DNA from: Octopus sinensis | Lineage: Eukaryota | Length of the DNA: 64,000 nucleotides | Assembly (NCBI RefSeq): GCF_006345805.1 | Contig: NC_043001.1 | Span: forward strand, 38,130,001-38,194,000 | Direction: 5' to 3' | Part shown: positions 24,470 to 38,189 of the stretch, piece after piece | Position numbering within the stretch: the first letter of the stretch is position 1 | How the letters are laid out: each line of letters opens with the position of its first letter | Made by a program: the position numbers and the translations under genes | Notes under the pieces: generated by a model | The model's database searches: none | What the model was told of the DNA's origin: nothing | What the model saw: only the letters and a program-made list of their open reading frames with translations

Positions 24470-24645
24470 GTGTGTGTGGAGTAGCTGTGTGGTAAGTAGC
24501 TTGCTTACCAACCACATGGTTCCAGGTTCATTCCCACTGCATGGCACCTTGGGAAAGTGTCTTCTATTATAGCCTCGGGCCGACCAAAGCCTTGTGAGTG
24601 GATTTGGTAGATGGAAACTGAAAGAAGCCCATCGTATATATGTAT
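24470..24645 (+). mobile_element. tRNA/CORE-type SINE, 5' part
   Basis: ggagtagctgtgtggtaag...ggttccaggttcattccc...ggcaccttgggaaagtgtct. Confidence 0.85.
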
Positions 24646-24658
24646 GTACATATATATA

Positions 24659-25748
24659 TAACAAATTAATAAATAAAACATATGCATATATACATACATA
24701 TATGTATGTACCTACATCTACATGTATATATACATGCATATATGTGTACAGGACACAAAAAAAAAACGTCGAACACAATGAGAAACGAAAACATTAACAC
24801 AAACCCAAGAAAATGGACATTTTTCTTAAACAACAAAAAAATAGAGTACAGGACATACAACACAAGGAAAATTCCCCTTCTTCAGTCGCCTCTGTTTCAT
24901 CTACTCTGCGTTTCGAAGGTCAAGGTGAGACACGACTTCGTTGAAACATTCCTTCCCGCAAAAAGCAAATTAAATAAAATTGGAGATATTTTGCGGAGGG
25001 GTAAAAATGGTAATAAAAACAGGACAGTAAAGACAGTACAAAATATAAACAGTAAAAGACAGGACAAGGAGAATAACAGTAACACAAACATTAAGAGCTG
25101 TTAAGTCAGAACGAAAGAAAAAATATTATGAACGCTTTTAAGGATGGCAAGAGAGAGACAGGAAAGCCATCCACACTTGAAGGAAGCCAGGTCAGAAAGA
25201 CAGTAAGCAAGAGAAAAGGAGAGAAAAAAAAGGGAATGGTTGTAGAGAAAACCAGAAAGAATGAAGAAAGAGAGAGAGAGGGAGAGACAGTAAGGTAGAA
25301 GAAAAGGAAACCAGAAAGGATGAAGGCTGAGAAAGGGAGGGGGACAGAAAGGTTAATAGTGCACATCATTATTAATATTAAGAACAAACTTACTTAGAAA
25401 TGGATGCATGCGTTCCGTCATATAACAACAAATTAATAAATAAAACATATGCATATACACATACATATATGTACGTACCTACATCTACATGTATATATAC
25501 ATGCATATATGGGTACAGGACACAAAAAAAAAAACGTTGAACACAATGAGAAACGAAAACATAAACACAAAACCAAGGAAATGGACATTTTTCTTAAACA
25601 ACAAAAAATAGAGTACAGGACAAACAACACAAGGAAAATTCCCCTTCTTCAGTCACCTCTGTTTCATCTACTCCGCGTTTCAAAGGTCAAGGCGAGACAC
25701 GACTTCATTGAAACATTCCTTCCCGCAAAAAGCAAATTAAATAAAATT
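24659..25748. repeat. Two ~320 bp direct repeats (24659-24980, 25425-25748) around a purine-rich spacer
   Basis: ORFs 24682 and 25449 give near-identical peptides at an offset of 767; roughly 90% identity by eye. Confidence 0.9.
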
Positions 25749-26352
25749 ATGTATATATATATATATATACGTGTGTGTGTGTATGTGTTTGTCCCCCCAA
25801 CATCGCTTGACAACCGATGGTGGTGTGTTTATGTTCCCCTAACTTAGCAGTTTGGATAAAGAGACCAAAAGAATAAGTACTAGGCTTACAAAGAATAAGT
25901 CCTGGGGGCAATTTGTTTGACTAAATGCAGTGCTCCAGCATGGCTGCAGTCAAATGACTGAAACAAGTTATAGAGTGAAAAAGAGAGTAAGAGTATGTAT
26001 ATTGTTGCTATTATGCTAAACTGGCGTATGTCCAAATTTGGCCAAATGTGACCTTTTCAGTACTTATTTTTACTTACAATAGCCAGTTCTTTTGGTCAAA
26101 CTATATCTCCAGCTGCTTCAAATACCAAGATATCAAAAATTGTTTAAGTGTAGTACAATGGTTTGTAATGCTTTGGAATGGTGAAACTATTTTTTCGTTT
26201 CTAAAAAAGTAACCTTTTGGATTTACAACACTTTGCATAATAGCAATGATTTATGTGTGTAGGTATATATAAAGTGAGAACAAATGGTGTTTAAAATTTA
26301 CATATAAATATAAATATATGTATGTGTGTGTGTGTGTGAGTGTATACCTTAT

Positions 26353-26399
<47 letters not shown>

Positions 26400-26474
26400 A
26401 TGAAGAAAGTCTGAGGTATGAGATGAATATATTTATTTCACCAGTTGATATCAGCAGGATGATGAAATCCATAC

Positions 26475-27800
26475 ATTATCACCATCATCATCATCGCTTA
26501 ACATCCACCTTCTATGCTAGCATGGGTGGGACAGTTTCACAAGAGCCGGCTAGGCTAAAGCCTGCACCAAACTTCTGTGACTGTTTTGGCAGGATTTTTA
26601 CACCTGGATGCCCTTTTGAACACCAACCACTTTACGGTGTGGACTGGGTGCTTTTAAGTGGCACCTGCACTGACACAGTCGCCAAGTACTTGCAAGACAA
26701 AAAAAAACTTTCAAGAGGAGAGGGGGCATTGGAGGAGGTAATCTTGTATTGGATGATAGAAAGGTTATAGTGTCAGATACAGATGTCTTGGTGTAGAGGA
26801 AGTACACGGTTATCCAGCCAGAGAGAAATATCAGGAATGAAGACAGAAAGAGGTGTGCTACCGCAAAGGAAATACATGGTTACCCAACCTGAGGGAAATG
26901 CAAGAGAAGGAGAGAGAGTGGGAGACAGCAGGATAGAGAAGGCGGCAAAATGCTGGGCATACTCTCAAGGAACAAGGATCAGAATATAAATGGGATGGTA
27001 GAGTAAAGGAAGAGAGAGATGTAGATGGGGGTAAGTGCCAGGGCATACCCTTGAGGTTCAAATGCCATAATATAAGTGGAAGAATATTGCAAAGGGAGTG
27101 TGATTAAAGAGTGTGAGTAAGTGGCAAAGACCTGTGTATTTATGGAGCTGGGAGGCTACTAGGTAGCAATGGTACAGAGAAACAGGAGTGTGAGGACAGA
27201 CATAGTGTATGAAGGAGTTCCTTGTGGGTGGAAAACACAGATCGGGGGTGGGGCTAGCAGATAGATGGTAGAGTGAGACAGGGCATGTGGGTAGAACACA
27301 CAGGTCAGGGGCAAGCAGAGAACAATGATACAGTGATACAGGGCCAAGAGGACAGGATTTGGGAGTGGAAGGTAATCAAAGTACATGAAGCAGAAATGTG
27401 AGGAAGAGAAGAGATGTAATTTGGTTTGTTGTGGTAGTGTGTGTGAGACGTTTTCTTGTTAAGTGTGGGTGGAACACACAATGCTTCTAGAACTCAGTTT
27501 CGCTGACATGGGCAGATCTCCTCAAGAACTTCATATCGCCAGACTTCTCAGTCCATTGTCATTTCCTCCATGAGGCCCAACTTCCTGAGATCAGTCCTTA
27601 CCACTTCATCCCAAGTCTTCCTAGGTCTCCCTCTTTCAAGGGTACCGTCCACTTTCAGTGACTAGCATTTCTTTATGCAGCTGTCCTCATTCATACGCAT
27701 CACATGTCCAAACCAACGTAATCTTCTCTCTTGCATGCTACATTTGATTCCTCTTATGCCAAACCTTTCTCTCAGTACATTTGCACTTTACTGTACATGT
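26475..27800 (-). mobile_element. RTE-derived pieces: 3' tail (26475-26690), purine-rich block (26730-27460, possibly RTE 5' region), C-terminal fragment (27480-27800)
   Basis: Reverse-complement tail with (CAT)n; RLRWFGHV.RMNEDSCI-like block at ~27680-27730. The middle block assignment is tentative. Confidence 0.6.
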
Positions 27801-27833
27801 GTACTGATGTTGCACATCCAATAGAGTATTTTT

Positions 27834-27886
<53 letters not shown>

Positions 27887-27889
27887 ATA

Positions 27890-28257
27890 TTCTTTTACTT
27901 GTTTTGTCATTTGACTGTGGCCATGCTGGAGCACTGCTTTTAGTTAAGCAAATCACCCCCGGACTTATTCTTTGCAAGCCTAATACTTTTTCTAGCGGTC
28001 TCTTTTGCCAAGCCACTAAGTTACGGGGACATAAATGCATCAACATTGGTTGTCAAATGATGGTGGGGAGACAAATACAAACACACAAATACATATATAC
28101 GACAGGCTTCTTTTAGTTTCCGTCAACCAAATCCACTCACAAGGCTTTGGTCAGCCCAAGGCTATAGTATAAGACACCTGCCCAAGGTGCCACGCAGTGG
28201 GACTGAACCCATAACCATGTGGTTGGAAGCAAGCTTCTTACCACACAGCCACCTCTG
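27890..28257 (-). mobile_element. Near full-length tRNA/CORE-type SINE
   Basis: Matches the copies at 44580-44970 and 52745-53070. Confidence 0.88.
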
Positions 28258-28389
28258 CACCTATGTATATACATATATTAAATATATATATATATGTGTG
28301 TGTGTAAGTATGTATGTATATATAAGTATATATGGATGTATATATGTACGTGTGTGTGTGTGTGAGAGAGAGAGAGAGTGTGTATGTGT

Positions 28390-28630
28390 CTCCTTTTCTT
28401 GGTATTGCATAAAAGTTGTAAATAATTGTCACTGTGATACAAGCAATGTCATTCATTTCCAATATTCTGTGAGAACATGTCTGGCCGTGGGGAAATATTA
28501 CTTTACTTGAAAATAGGTGAGTGTTGGCAATAGGAAGGGCATCCAGCCTTTAAAAACTTGTCTCAATAAACCCCATCCAAACCATAAAAGCACAGAAATG
28601 TGAATGTTGAATAATGATGATGATGATGAA
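28390..28630 (+). mobile_element. SINE-like repeat with RTE-type 3' tail
   Basis: Ends ...ataggaagggcatccagcc...aatgatgatgatg like the RTE tail. Confidence 0.7.
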
Positions 28631-28635
28631 TGATA

Positions 28636-29885
28636 TATACAGGCTAACTAGAAAGATAGCTTTTGTATGTGGCAGATGCTCAGGAGTAATAAACACTGAA
28701 AATGTGCAGAGAACAACTTATGCCACATTCCAGGGAGAAAAACTAGAAGTAGTTGTTGATAGCTTGGGTTACCTAGTCAGTAGCAGAGGTGGATGCTCTG
28801 AAAGTGTAGCTGCTAGAATAAAAATAGTCTGGGCAAAGTTCAGAGAGCTCCTACCTCTGCTGGTGACAAAGGGCCTCTCACTCAGAGTAAAAAGTAGACT
28901 GTATAACACATGTGTACGAACAGCCATGCTACATGGCAGTGAAACTTGGACCGTGACTGCTGAGGACATGCAAAAGCTTGCAAGGAATGAAGCCAGTATG
29001 ATCCGATGGATGTGTAATGTCAGTCTGCATACTCGACAGTGTAAGCACCTTGAGAGAAAAGTTGAACCTAAGAAGCATCAGATGTGGTGTGCAAGAGAGA
29101 CGACTATGCTGGTATAGTCATGTAGTGCGACTGGATGAGGATAGTTGTGTGAAAAAGTGTCACACTCTAGTGGTTGAGGGAACCTATGGAAGTGGTAAAT
29201 CTAGGAAGACCTGAGATGAGGTGATGGAGCATGACCTTCAAACATTAGGCCTCTCCGAGGCAATGACTAGTGACCAAAACCTTTGGAAATATGCTGTGCT
29301 TGAGAAGACCCGGCAAGCTTAGTGAGACCATAACACATGGCCTATGCCAGTGGTGTAACCAACCCACTTAGGCATACCTTTCTTTCATTGGTCAATAAAC
29401 TCTGCTTGCAAAGACCTGTTGAGGCAAGTGAAATCGAAATCAAATTCAATGACAGCACTGCATGATCGGCATCTGTGCTAGTGGAGCACTAAGAGCACCA
29501 TCCAAGCATGATCATTGCCAGGGTTGGTGGTACGTAAAAAGCACCATTTGAGCGTGAGCATTACCAGCATCGCCTTACTGGCACTTGTGCCAGTGGTATG
29601 TGAAAAACAACATTCGAGTGAGGTCATTGCCAGTGCTGCTGGACTGGCTCCTGTGCAGGTGGCATGAAAAACACCATTTGAGTGTGGCTGTTGCCAGTAC
29701 CGCCTGACTGGCCCGTAAAAGCATCCACTACACTCTTGGAGTGATTGGCATTAGGAAGGGCATCCAGCTGTAGAAACTCTGCCAGATCAGATTGGAGCCT
29801 GGTGCAGCCATTTGGTTCGCCAGTCCCCAGTCAAACCGTCAAACCGATGCCAGCATTGAAAGTGGATGCTAAAGGATGATGATGA
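28636..29885 (+). mobile_element. RTE LINE 3' end with long, internally repetitive 3' UTR
   Basis: ORF 28614..29117 (ARIKIVWAKFRELLPLL...AMLHGSETW); UTR with repeated gcaccatt.gag.gtg..c.ttgccag units; (GAT)n tail. Confidence 0.93.
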
Positions 29886-30342
29886 TATATATACAACAAA
29901 TATTGTATAAACAGTTTGTAATGACAACTGCTTTGTAGCTTTAAGTTTCATGTCAATTACAAGCCTTTCATATAAAACAATCATTTGAATCTGAGACAAA
30001 AACTTCTTTTGCACAAATGTATAGAGAGACATGAAGCTTTAATTAATTCATGACAGTTACGAACCATCAGTATTCAACAACTCCTACACACTGTGAGTGT
30101 GTGTGTGTGTATACACAAACATAAATACACATATGTGTCTATACATGTGTGTACAAAACTGGTTAGTGTCACTATAGACACTTACAAACTATGGGAGGAG
30201 GAATTTTTCACTGAATTTTTGTGTGTGAATATTTGTATATATTTTCTTGGGTCACAATGAATATCTATTATCTCTTTCTCTCTCTCTCTCTCTCCCTCTT
30301 TCTCTCTCTCTTTTCTTTCTCTCTCTCTCTCTCTTTCTCTCA

Positions 30343-30377
<35 letters not shown>

Positions 30378-31097
30378 AGCCTTGTCCACCAACACCACTG
30401 TCTGTTATCAACACCAAAACAACAAGCATCAACATAAAAACCAATGCTATTGCCCGCCATTACCAAACCAACAATTCCTTAATGATCAACAACAACCGCA
30501 ACAACAGAATGAACAAAAAGACAATGACATGAGGTAAAGTGATACCCTTGTGTATTTTAAAATATTGAATGAAATGACTTTTATTTCAAGCCAATGAAAA
30601 TTAACTTGAGACCAAACAACAACGATGCAATTAACAAGAAAAATATAGCCTTCACCAACAACACCAAAATGAATAGAGCCAATGCTATCACCACTACCAA
30701 CCCATCAACTTTTGAATAACCAACTAGCAATAGCAATAATATTATCAGCTTCATAGCAATGTTTGTAGTTACATATGTTGTATGTCAACACAGCAGAGTG
30801 TGTGTGTATAAGTGTTTGTGTGTTTGCATGCATGTGTGAGAGAGTAGAGTGTGGAGTTTTAATGGCTTAGGCAAGAAGAGCAAAGGGCGAAGTATCCATG
30901 AACCTGCTATTCCTCAAACTAACTGTAATCACATGCTACTTTCTCCCACCTTACTGCTGCACCACATTCATCTTCTCGTTTCCATTCTTACATTTTTTGC
31001 TACAGAACTGTTCTTTACTGGTGCCATTTTTTTCATACTTTTCATACTTATTTATTATGGATAATTGTTGATCATTGCTGCTGTTGGATTTACCTAC

Positions 31098-31590
31098 AAT
31101 TGAAGATGTCTGGAAAGAGACCATCAAGTGGAACTGAAGACAATAGTGCAAAAAGGAACCACAAAGGGATTAATCATATTAGATATTAAACTTCATGTTT
31201 TAGGAAAGTTTGACATGGAAGAGAAAAACAGCCACATTATCAAAACACTAAGACTTGCAATGTTTATGATGGGAACAATATGCGACATTAGAGAAAAAAA
31301 CTAAAGAGCTCAGGAAGCCACTCTATCAATCTCTTAGATTTTATTTTTTCATAGATTTAATGTTGTTCTTAAGATGGAATGGCTCTTGAGTGTATGGATT
31401 AAGGATTAGACTCAACATAATGTACCAGTAAGCATAATAGTAATTAAATTTTTAAAATAAGCCAAAAGTTTCTCTTATGATTTACAGAAAAAGATAAATG
31501 AAATATCTATTGAAAGAACTTTTTTGGCTAATAAAGGCTAGTTTGAAAAGTTTAAGAAGCATATGAATTTGTATAACATAAGCTTGACAT
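31098..31590 (+). mobile_element. Tigger/pogo (CENP-B-like HTH) transposase remnant
   Basis: MSGKRPS..., LDIKLHVLGKF..EEKNSHIIKTL, MEWLLSVWIKD.TQHNVPVS, FLANKG.FEKFKKHMNLYNISLT. Confidence 0.85.
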
Positions 31591-31779
31591 AAGCTACATG
31601 TGCAAATACAGATATTTGCTCCTCTGTATTCCCAAAAGACAGATTCACTTTAATCAGTTATGCTGAATGTATTCTCCTTGTCATAATATTTCCATTATTG
31701 ACAAAAGCATCACAGAAAAATCTGTCACTGCATCATGTTATTTAAGAAACACATTATAATCCTAACACAGGGGAAGTTA

Positions 31780-33400
31780 AAAATTGCCATTAAAACATCA
31801 ACTCATAAAAATCACAGGAGCTAATGATATAGCAGCTGAAGTTATTAAGCATGGTGGGGATATAGTGGCTGATCTTGTGATCTCATAAATTATCAAAGTG
31901 TGGAATGGCTCACCAGTTCCACTGGAGAAGTGCTATATTGATTTTACTGTACAAGGCAAAGGGTGCTATGTCAAACTGTGGTAACTTAAGTAGTATTTCT
32001 TTATTGCAATTTTTGGCAAGATATTTGCCAGACTTGGCTGCAGACATATATATGCTCAATTGTTGTCCTATAGTCTCAATGTGGATTTTAATCTGGTAAA
32101 GATATAATCACTGATGTAAAAACTTACACTTCCTTTTTCCGAGCGGAGATTCGAAACCAAATCTAAGGATTCTCGCTTGTCTGATCCACCACTGGCAAAA
32201 TAGGTGTGAAAGAAATTTCTTTGCCCCATCAAAAAGTGATGGATGGATTTCTCTTTGACCTTCAACCTGAGCTGTATCATTTAAGGTTCAAGTGGACAGG
32301 AGGCAACCTACATTAAGTAGAAATTACTCCTGTGGTATGTCTGTCCTTCTAGCTGTCATGACCATTATAAATACAGCAATCAGTCAAGGGACTGCAGATA
32401 GCCATCACCAGTCAAACTCTCAAGAGGCAAACCATCGACAGACAGCAGTTAACTTGCACCAGTCAAGCAGCCAACATAGAACCACATATTCAGCATGAAT
32501 GACCCAACACAGTAGCAGTCACAGAACATAAACAGATACCACCGAATGACCAACGCATACACAGACACAGAACATGCCTGGTTCTACCTTATCACATCGA
32601 CACAGTATTTCCCCTGTTTATTTCCTTCATTACCAACTCAAAGCAAGTTGGTAATGTCATGTTGTGAAACTTTTTGTGTATACAACAAGTAAATGCAAGT
32701 GTCAATGAAATAAATTATTTAAATCACAATCTGATGCTTTCCCATTGTTTTACTTTGATGTCGTTCACATGCCTATTTCATCTGCTACCTCAACATCTTT
32801 TGATACACCTTTCCTACCTCGCAGATAACAGAAATGGATAGAACAGAGTTTGCATTTTACCAAGTTTTCTTGGATCTAATACCATAGTGAGTAGAAATGC
32901 ATTGAGGAGACTCTCAGGCAAGTTTGTGTTCCCACCTATATTTGTTGACCTGATTGTCTGGCTATACACTGCTATGAAGGCCTACATCAACTTGGTGTTA
33001 AGTTGGAACCAATTCCAGCAAACAGTGGTGTTAAATAGGGCATATACCTGTGCCAACTTCTATCTTTGTATAGATTGCAATGGTGATTACTCCCGCATTT
33101 AAGGACTGTGATCCAGGCATTTTTGTTTGCAATTGTACTACAGGTTAATTGTTTAATACAAATCATTTCAGTGTCAAATCAAAGACCTTTGTAACTGCCA
33201 TTTGCAATTGATTATATGCTGGTGAGTACTTGTGGTTCACTTGAAACAAAACATTCAGTAATATACTTCTTTTCAGTACCTGTACTGCCTTGGACTTATG
33301 ATAAGCCTGAAGAAGATTAAAGTGATGTTTATATATGATCCAGAAGAGACAAATGTAGAACCAAATATACTTACCCAAGGGATTAGACTTGATGTAATGG

Positions 33401-33437
<37 letters not shown>

Positions 33438-33470
33438 CTTGGCAATATTCACTGGAAACATCTTGCAGAT
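31780..33470 (+). mobile_element. Old RTE/BovB-like LINE fragments
   Basis: GANDIAAEVIKHGG...WRSAILILLYKAKG..SNCGN (31800-32000), SRNALRRLSGKFVFPPIFV (32890-32980), LMISLKKIKVM...LDVMDF-VYLG (33290-33445); interrupted by other sequence. Confidence 0.8.
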
Positions 33471-34885
33471 GAATGTAAGCACTATATAGCATTTAATACG
33501 ATGCATACTGCTATAGCCTTCAAATATTCCTACTCCTCTAATACATAAACCAAATGTCTTAGAGTTAGAGGAGACCAGAAATAAGGAGACATGATATTCA
33601 TGCCTATTTCATGTACACAAGGAAAGCAAATTCAATAGATTCAAAGGCTAATTTCATTCACTGCGAATTTACTATCACACACTGTTCATCTTACAATTTC
33701 AATAATAGTATATATAATAACAATGCTATTCTTTTTGTTTGAATAAAATTTAATAAAAAAAAATTGATCTTTGTAAAACTAATTGATTTTCATTTTCTTA
33801 ACACCACACCAATGAAAGTTTAGTGAAATTTGCTTGACAATACCTTTTATCCTACTATACCCTGGGGATTAGAGCTAAGCTCTGGTATTATGGCAAGAAG
33901 CGGATGGGAGATAAAACCTCCTCTGGTTTGGACATTGCTCTCTTACAATTTGTTGTTGTTGAAAGCATTTCAGCTCTGATTATCACATCTTTTTGTATAT
34001 CTCAAATTACATTGGCTAATGCATCCTTTTCCTTTTAAGATGGTTGGGTGCAATTTGAGGAAATTTTGTTGCTATTTCTAGTGGCAGTTAGAGACCTATT
34101 TCCATAGTTAAGTTGTAAGATAAAGTTAAATGTTTTGCTCAAGAGCACACCACAGTATGATTGTTCCCATTTACTCAATATCAGATAAGTTAATGAAGGA
34201 GCATCTATTTGGTCGCTTGATCTGCTAGAAATAACATCTAAATTTTCCTCAACTCACAACCTACAATCTTATTAAAAGGAAGGACATATTAGCTAATGTT
34301 GTCCATGACACCCCTAAAAGACAAGGCTCTCTATCAACTACATTTATCATCTCTTCAAACAAGAACAATGACAACAGCACCTAGATGATTTGGTCCTACC
34401 TTCTCTTGGCATCAGATATTAACAGAAGTAGCAGAGAACATTGATAATGCCAACTGCTCCTTACAACTAAAATATATTCCACAGGGAGAAGTGCACCAAT
34501 TCTCTGTTGTGGGCAAATAGATATATTACATATGTGATGAGCATTTTGTTGGGTAGCAGTGCTGAGCTTAATGTTTAAGCTTGTATTCATTGTACCTTTT
34601 CCTTTCCCAAACCAGTAGGTTATGGTTTTAGAAAGATTTCCTACTATTTCTAGGAGGTTGAACAACTATGAAGATGCTTCCTGACTAACTTGCATCCTAT
34701 TGATTCTTTCCAGTTGGCAAAGCTCAAGCAGGAAGAAAGTTACATTTCAACAACATGAAGCAACAATAACTGTAAGGTGGGGTCCTCTTTTTATTTCCAC
34801 ACTGTAGAGCACTTTCCCAATGACAAAATTATGAATGAAATCAACAACGGCAAAGCAAACATCTCTCTTGACTGACGAAGCAACC

Positions 34886-37289
34886 ATGAAATATTTTGTC
34901 AGCAAGCAGTGGTTCTCTATTTCTAGTTTAGTACCCTCTTTCATGGAATGGCATTTTACACATGCCTTCTCAAGTGTTTTGAAAGTAAATAAATTAAATA
35001 AATGAAGAGACACCAGATTATTTCAATCAAAACAAAAGCTAATTTTGCACAGTAGTATATTATCTATATTTTCTTATACTATCCTTCTTTTTAGATATTT
35101 GTCCCCTATGTAAAATTTTTATGGAAATTGCTGAAGAATGTGAGTACTTATATTATAATTATATTGGACCTTGGTGCTTCATCAGTCATGCTTCTGCTCA
35201 CTTATAACACAAAACCTATTTATATTCCAATTCTGACGAAGATTTTTGAAAATTTTTTAAAACTGCATACAGTAGCTCCTTTTAATATGTAATTTCTAAG
35301 AAAAACCATAACCCCTCTGAACACTTACTAGGCACCCCTAGATATTTATGGATTCCTTGTAAGTTCCCAATGCACCCAAAGGAATACAAACACTGAGGTT
35401 CAGAATCACAGATCTAAGATAGGTCAATTGTAGGAAATATTCTTGACTATAAATTATAGGCCTTGTACCTATGTTAGAATCATTATTATACATGTTAATA
35501 TATTTTATTATCAACGTTTTACAAGAATTATTTTCATGTAGTAAACAAAAGAACTGTGATTTATAATTAGCAAATCTTTTCAATGCATTTTAAATACATT
35601 TTATTAAATATATTTGAAAGTTAACATATTTTTATACAATGTTATTTGCATCTTTATTTACATAAGGTGTCTCAACCTGGAAGCTATACCTAAAGCCATG
35701 GTTTAAATGGAAAATTTATAAAGCTATTTATGAAGATTCATTATAACTCCTATCCATCCTTTGGTATAATTTGCTTCACCTCACCTAATTTCTGTATTTT
35801 TTTTTTTTTTTTTGCTTTGAAACAATTATACAAAAATACGTGTTAATCTGTTTTAGAATACAGAAAATTGGAGCAAAATTGGTTGACATAATAAACACAA
35901 GCTCACACAATTCTCTTGAATCCAGTATTATTTACTTTGAACATGTAAGTTTTTTTTTCACTAAATCCTTCTTGCTTAACATTTACTTTTTCCCAAAATT
36001 TTATGACCTGGATTCATATAATTATTATAATTGGATAATTGAAAGTTACAATGAAACTTCAATAATAAAGGTCTGATGATGTAAAAAGTGAAAACAATTC
36101 ACTAAGACTACAAATATTTTGAAGACCAATGTTCATGTATTGTGTATTATTCACTTCATAGTAATTTTTTCCTGCTGATATGCACCAGCTTCAATATTTC
36201 TGCCACTTCTGGAAACAAAGCTTGAGATATTTAACTTTTATGTGGCTAAGTTCTGCCTTAACATTATTATATACTAGCTTAAGAGCTGCACTCTGTGCAG
36301 GCTTTTGAGCTAGCTCCTGTGGAGAGCTAATTGGGCCTGTGGCCCAAAACTAAAGAGGGCTGAATTGCATGACTATAATACATCTATAATGACTATATGC
36401 CCCTGTGGTTTTTGATCAGAGGTTAAGGATGGATCAGAATTAGTTCTGTAATGCAATCATTCTATTGTTCCAGTCCCAAGTTGAATTCCAACTGTTGGCC
36501 AATTTGTTCAACGTTCTTATCTCAATGTAAAATTAATGACGCAAATGTCATTTATCTCCCCCTTGATTTTTGACATTATCTGACAAACAGCAAGATGGTG
36601 TGAATCAGCCAAGCTTTACCTGCTGGAAATAGCATCCCAAATGCTTTTAAATCAGATCCCAATGCTGGCTGTTCAAGAACCAAATGAAGGGCAAATTTTC
36701 AATCCTGGGATCATCCTGATTCAAAAAAGGTATAATATGTCTATGCACAGCAAATGTAGACTGAGATCCAGGGATCCCAGGTGGACAGACAAAATTTTGC
36801 TTTTATTATTATTGCCAGCCTTGCCTGGCACCTGTGCTGGTGGCATGTAAAAAGCACCCACTACACTCACGGAGTGGTTGGCATTAGGAAGGGCATCCAG
36901 CTGTAGAAACACTGCCAGATCAGACTGGGCCTGGTGCAGCCTTCTGGCTTCCCAGACCCCAGTTGAACCGTCCAACCCATGCCAGCATGGAAAGCAAGAC
37001 GTTAAACAATGATGATGATGATGATGATGAAATGCCTGAAATTTCATGAAATTCATTTCAGCATCATTTTGATAATTCAGAACAGGATCAAAAAAAGAAA
37101 AAAACATGCAAAATCATGTAAGTGTGGAGGATGTGGTATTGTAAAAATTTATTTTTACTTCCAAGAATTCTTGAATTTAGCAGGATCCAAAAAGAAAAAA
37201 AACATTCCGTGGTGTGAAATAGTGTGATCATTTTCCCAACAGCTGATTTCAGTCATTCTTCTATAATCAAACTAAAGGCTATTGATTGA
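34886..37289 (+). other. Hypothetical spliced plus-strand ORF (exons 34886-34984, 35095-35139, 35864-35944, 37081-37117, 37243-37289; 102 aa)
   Basis: Good acceptors and donors (e.g. ccttctttttag...AAT/gtgagt; CAT/gtaagt twice) that can be joined in consistent phase. The product is not recognisable and AT-rich DNA gives many pseudo-exons. Confidence 0.25.
36815..37030 (+). mobile_element. RTE 3' tail copy
   Basis: Nearly the same sequence as 49068-49275; (GAT)n end. Confidence 0.88.
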
Positions 37290-38189
37290 GATTTTCTGAC
37301 AAACAACCAAAAATATCATCAACATGACATAACATTTGATGATGACTATCATTACTGTATTGTTGTTTTTTAGTTCCAGGTCAAACTAACCCAGCTGAAA
37401 GATGATCAGAGATCTTCTAGTCATGGCTGTCCTCCCACTCCCAGTTTTTTCCATAGGGTACTACATTATTTTGGTTTCAAAATGATATAACAGAAATTTA
37501 TAGTTTATTAACCATTTTTGAAATGGCTAGTTGCTAACAACTTTAATTTTTTTTGAAACCATTTCATCAGAGAATGTTGCCAAAGAGTAATCTTTGTTTA
37601 ACTGATTAAATGACAGCCTTTTGCAAACAGATATCTCAAAAGGCAAGTTCTTTACATTCCACCAATTTAAATTCAGATTTTCCACAAATAGATTGTAGCC
37701 CTTTTTAATTCAATTTTTGTGACAATGGAAGCAAAAATATGTCTTTAAAAACATATAGTGTAATACTAGTATAAAATATAGAAAAAATTTTTTTTTTCTT
37801 AAAATAAGTTAATATAATCATTTTGTACACATTGCAGCTCAGTCTAAGTATTATAAGTCTGTGAGCATTTTGAACAGTTATAATTCAAATACATTAATAA
37901 CACTTTTAAACTGTATTAGAACATTTATGAGACAGCTTATTTTCAGGAGTCAGTTATAGATATATTCTATTTACTTTTATTAATCTTTGTATAGAAAGAT
38001 TGGCAATGCCTCAGTCACTTTAAAAGGACATAAACATTGCCATTCGCTGATACTGGGGGAGGAAGGTATTTTCAAACTGGAGGGCTTGCCTGAAATGCTT
38101 GCAACAGAGTAGATTCTGTCAAAGACACCCATAATGTCAGAGTGGTATTCAACTGAGCAATGTATTAAGGCTACCATCCAAGGAAGATA

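Noticed and set aside
24880-24950. Hammerhead in the 24.7/25.4 kb direct repeats (GAAAC and CTGAAGA words)
   Set aside because: A hairpin is present, but CUGANGA and GAAA are not in a workable order around stem II.
30375-30770. Q/N/T-rich coding-like stretch
   Set aside because: A decayed (CAA)n/(CAC)n low-complexity tract after a (GT)n repeat; no supported reading frame.
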